A stretch of DNA of 27,666 bases from a virus. Lineage: Duplodnaviria > Caudoviricetes. Every line of letters starts with the position of its first letter. The first letter of the stretch is position 1. This document shows positions 24,920-27,666 of the stretch, piece by piece. The position numbers were made by a program, and so were the translations under genes. The stretch is from IMG/VR virus record IMGVR_UViG_3300012952_002418, positions 1-27,666 of that record. One strand, 5' to 3'. The notes beneath the pieces were generated by a model. That model had not been told where the DNA came from. It was given only the letters and a program-made list of their open reading frames with translations, and did no database searches.

Positions 24920-25210
24920 ATGGACTATAATGTCGAAACTTATTTAATAGAATATATCATAACACTAACATTTTCATTTTTATTTTTCATATTAGGTTGG
25001 GCAATGCCAAGAGGAAGCAACCTAAAAAGAATCCAAGGTAAAATCTTTAAGAGGTTTTATAATTGGACAGGAGCATTTATGGTTAAGTTCCATAACTTCT
25101 TTGCTGATGAAGAATTTTATTTAGAACATATTTGGCAAGACACAAAAGATTATGTACGAAAAAAACATGGATTCCAAAAAAAGAAACCAAAGACAACTAA
25201 GAAAAAGTAA
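24920..25210 (+). CDS. Small membrane protein with basic tail
   Basis: AAGGA precedes ATG 24920 (MDYNVETY...); one TM. The track's longer start runs through the RNA element. Confidence 0.7.
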   Translation: MDYNVETYLIEYIITLTFSFLFFILGWAMPRGSNLKRIQGKIFKRFYNWTGAFMVKFHNFFADEEFYLEHIWQDTKDYVRKKHGFQKKKPKTTKKK

Positions 25211-25995
25211 TGTTTAGACCACCATATCATGTAGCATTGAAAGATGTACCATTCCCATTATCTGATGCGGAGTTAGCAAATCAGATTGCAAGATACGATA
25301 GAAAGAATGGTGATTGGGCAAAACGAAAAAATATACCTGACATATGGCATACTGATAAAACAGCTTATGCTTATGGTGCGTATGGTTTTGTAGCAAACTT
25401 ATGGATTAAAAATACATTATACACTCCTGAGTTTAAACAATGGCTAGACAGAAACATGATGGCTCCAGCACTCGTAGGAACTATATTTGTTTCCCCACCT
25501 GGATATTCGCTTAGACCACATATAGATTATGCTGATTACAATATTGAATACTATTGGCGAATAAACTTTCCTGTAAAATTAAAAGACAACGAAGATAAAT
25601 CTATGGCATTCTGGGATCCTAGTGATTGTAATATGGAAAGAAGAAACTATATTAACCACCCAAAGATGCCACATACTGACGCAATGAGTTTAATTGAGTT
25701 TGATGATGAGACACGACCAAAGGTTAAAAAACATTTTGATACACAACTAGGTGACGCATCTTTGATATGTGTAGCTGGACCTGATTGTGCTCACAGTATG
25801 ATATATGATGGGGAAGAAGAAACTTACACTATCTCTATAGATTTTGTAGATAAAAGAACAGGTGGACGAATCCATGATTGGAAAGATATTGAAAAAAGAA
25901 TGGGAAAACATTTTATAAAAACAGATAACCCATCGCCGATTAAAGCATGGGTAAAAGAAGATGGTACATTTGGATGGAGTAGAGATGTTAGTTGA
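25210..25995 (+). CDS. Putative cupin/2OG-Fe(II) oxygenase
   Basis: IFVSPPGYSLRPHID (HxD), WRINF, distal CAHSM...TISIDF. Confidence 0.6.
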   Translation: MFRPPYHVALKDVPFPLSDAELANQIARYDRKNGDWAKRKNIPDIWHTDKTAYAYGAYGFVANLWIKNTLYTPEFKQWLDRNMMAPALVGTIFVSPPGYSLRPHIDYADYNIEYYWRINFPVKLKDNEDKSMAFWDPSDCNMERRNYINHPKMPHTDAMSLIEFDDETRPKVKKHFDTQLGDASLICVAGPDCAHSMIYDGEEETYTISIDFVDKRTGGRIHDWKDIEKRMGKHFIKTDNPSPIKAWVKEDGTFGWSRDVS

Positions 25996-27010
25996 ACCTT
26001 ATTACATGTCATTAAAAGACACACTTGAAAGACCTATTACTAATGAAGACTTATATGAAATATTAGAGCCACTGAGGACTAATCTTAGTCGTGGTAATAT
26101 ATGTGTAAGGAATAGTTATTTTCGTATTGAAATGATGAAGCAATGGAGGGATATGATGCTAATGCCATATGGTTGTAGTATCTTTCGTGCCTTGCCTAAT
26201 TATAGAATGTCACCACATGTTGATAGTCCGAGTCGTCCTGACTGGGGCAGAGTGACTTGGGCATTCGAAGAGGTAAGTCCTGGGATATATGAACCATGGC
26301 AAGCAGATGAAGAAGAGTCATCTATTATGTCATATTGGGATGTAAGTGAAGCTGATGAGGTGACCACTGATATGTGTAATATAACAGGAGACCCAAGTAG
26401 AGATTTAACTTATGTAATACCAAGAGAAAAAAGATTGCCTGGATGGTTCGGAAACTTGAAAGAAGAACTAAGTTTTCAAATGTCACATCCTGGATTAATT
26501 AATGTGGGTGCACCACATTCAGTATGGCATACTTCTGATAAACCTCGTATCGCCATATCTGTTGAGTTTATGAATAGGAAAGGTGTCTTTGAAGGATTTG
26601 ATAAGTTAGCAAAAACATTACAAAGATTTGGTTATGCTGATTTAGAAAGAGATGATGCTACTAAAAAATATGGTAGTAGAATATCAAATCATTTCACTTG
26701 CCTATATAATAAAGCAACTGATGAAGATGTTCCTGAAACTGTTTTTGACTTTGAAGCACAAAAGAAAAAATTATATCCTGATGAAAATGATGAACGCAGA
26801 CAATGGACATTTGAACAATGGGAAGATGCATACTTAAAAGATAGAGTGCTTGAAAAGGGTGCTACTCCTGGCAAGTTGTTAGCTGACCAAGGATTAAATT
26901 ATGACAGCTTTTTAGAAAAGAAAAATGTTGGTTTTCGATACACTATCGGAAATGTAATGGAATCTTTAAAGACTGTTGAGGAAGAGTATTATAAAAAATA
27001 CCCTAGATGA
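25985..27010 (+). CDS. Putative cupin/2OG-Fe(II) oxygenase with C-terminal extension; probable paralog of the upstream gene
   Basis: IFRALPNYRMSPHVD (HxD), LINVGAPHSVW...PRIAISVEF; GGAG precedes ATG 25985. Confidence 0.6.
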   Translation: MLVEPYYMSLKDTLERPITNEDLYEILEPLRTNLSRGNICVRNSYFRIEMMKQWRDMMLMPYGCSIFRALPNYRMSPHVDSPSRPDWGRVTWAFEEVSPGIYEPWQADEEESSIMSYWDVSEADEVTTDMCNITGDPSRDLTYVIPREKRLPGWFGNLKEELSFQMSHPGLINVGAPHSVWHTSDKPRIAISVEFMNRKGVFEGFDKLAKTLQRFGYADLERDDATKKYGSRISNHFTCLYNKATDEDVPETVFDFEAQKKKLYPDENDERRQWTFEQWEDAYLKDRVLEKGATPGKLLADQGLNYDSFLEKKNVGFRYTIGNVMESLKTVEEEYYKKYPR

Positions 27011-27564
27011 AAAAGGGAATAATTATAAGTTTCACTGGCATTGGTTATTCAATGGGTGGAATACAAAAGGAAGAGTTTCAAAAGATTAAATCTTTTAGAG
27101 ATTATGATAGTTTATTTGTTATTGATGAAAATAGGAGTTGGTTCAATACTGTTAATCCTGAACAAATAATTGAAAAAGTAAATATGTATGAGAATGTAAT
27201 TACTTTAGGAAACAGTATGGGAGCATTTAATGCAATAATGTTCGCAAAATATTATCCTGTAAAAACAGCAATTGCATTTGCTACACAATATAGTTTACAT
27301 CCTGACATAGTACCATGGGAAAACAGATGGACTAGATGGCAAAAAGATATTACTGAATGGAAACATCCACACTTAGAATTTAATGACACAACAGAGTATC
27401 ATATAATACAAGGGGATGAACCAATGGATATGAAACATCTTGATATGATACCTGATAAACCTAACATTAATAAAATGTTAATTGAAGGAGCCAGTCATAA
27501 TGTGGCTATTAAACTTTTAACACAAAATAAACTTTATCAATTAATAGAAAGAATCACTGTATGA
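27007..27564 (+). CDS. Putative alpha/beta hydrolase
   Basis: Nucleophile elbow LGNSMG, IISFTG, IIQG and C-terminal His (ASHN). Confidence 0.7.
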   Translation: MKKGIIISFTGIGYSMGGIQKEEFQKIKSFRDYDSLFVIDENRSWFNTVNPEQIIEKVNMYENVITLGNSMGAFNAIMFAKYYPVKTAIAFATQYSLHPDIVPWENRWTRWQKDITEWKHPHLEFNDTTEYHIIQGDEPMDMKHLDMIPDKPNINKMLIEGASHNVAIKLLTQNKLYQLIERITV

Positions 27565-27666
27565 AAGTAATTGTAATCTTGACTGCTATGTTATGGTATG
27601 AAGGAATAGGAACTACAGCTCAAACAGATTTTACCAGAGCACAATTTAAAACAATAGCAGAGTGCC
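27561..27666 (+). CDS. Hypothetical protein, 3'-truncated
   Basis: ATGA-coupled; MKVIVILTAMLWYEGIGTTAQTDFTRAQFKTIAEC runs open to the window edge. Confidence 0.6.
   Translation, partial: MKVIVILTAMLWYEGIGTTAQTDFTRAQFKTIAEC

Noticed and set aside
1289-26874. All minus-strand ORFs in the track (e.g. 16790..17230, 12033..12359, 18225..18545)
   Set aside because: They lie antisense to well-supported + strand genes, have no motifs and read as shadow ORFs.

Overview
AT-rich, densely packed window with every credible gene on the + strand. It comes from a large T4-like (myovirus-type) phage, probably marine and infecting a Gram-negative host. Core T4-like replication and nucleotide genes are present: gp61 primase (5'-truncated), class Ia NrdA/NrdB, glutaredoxin, a GIY-YIG endonuclease and RNase H. 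These are mixed with many accessory genes. The most striking block (about 11.3-19.0 kb) encodes small membrane proteins, curli secretion components CsgF and CsgG, two curlin-like beta-solenoid proteins (one with a PA14 domain), a secreted FecR-domain protein ending in a curlin-like strand, an inserted IscU, and a CHASE2-transmembrane class III adenylate cyclase. I infer this is a phage-encoded surface-fibre-to-cAMP signalling system. Also present are fatty-acid genes (MaoC-type hydratase, FabI, AcpS, membrane desaturase), five putative 2OG-Fe(II)/cupin oxygenases, a ~177-nt multi-stem, pseudoknotted candidate ncRNA behind a perfect T4 late promoter, a palindrome-rich intergenic element, twin early-type promoters, several probable leaderless starts, three small ORFs absent from the track and one frameshifted gene. 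All family assignments come from recognising motifs by eye; no searches were run.
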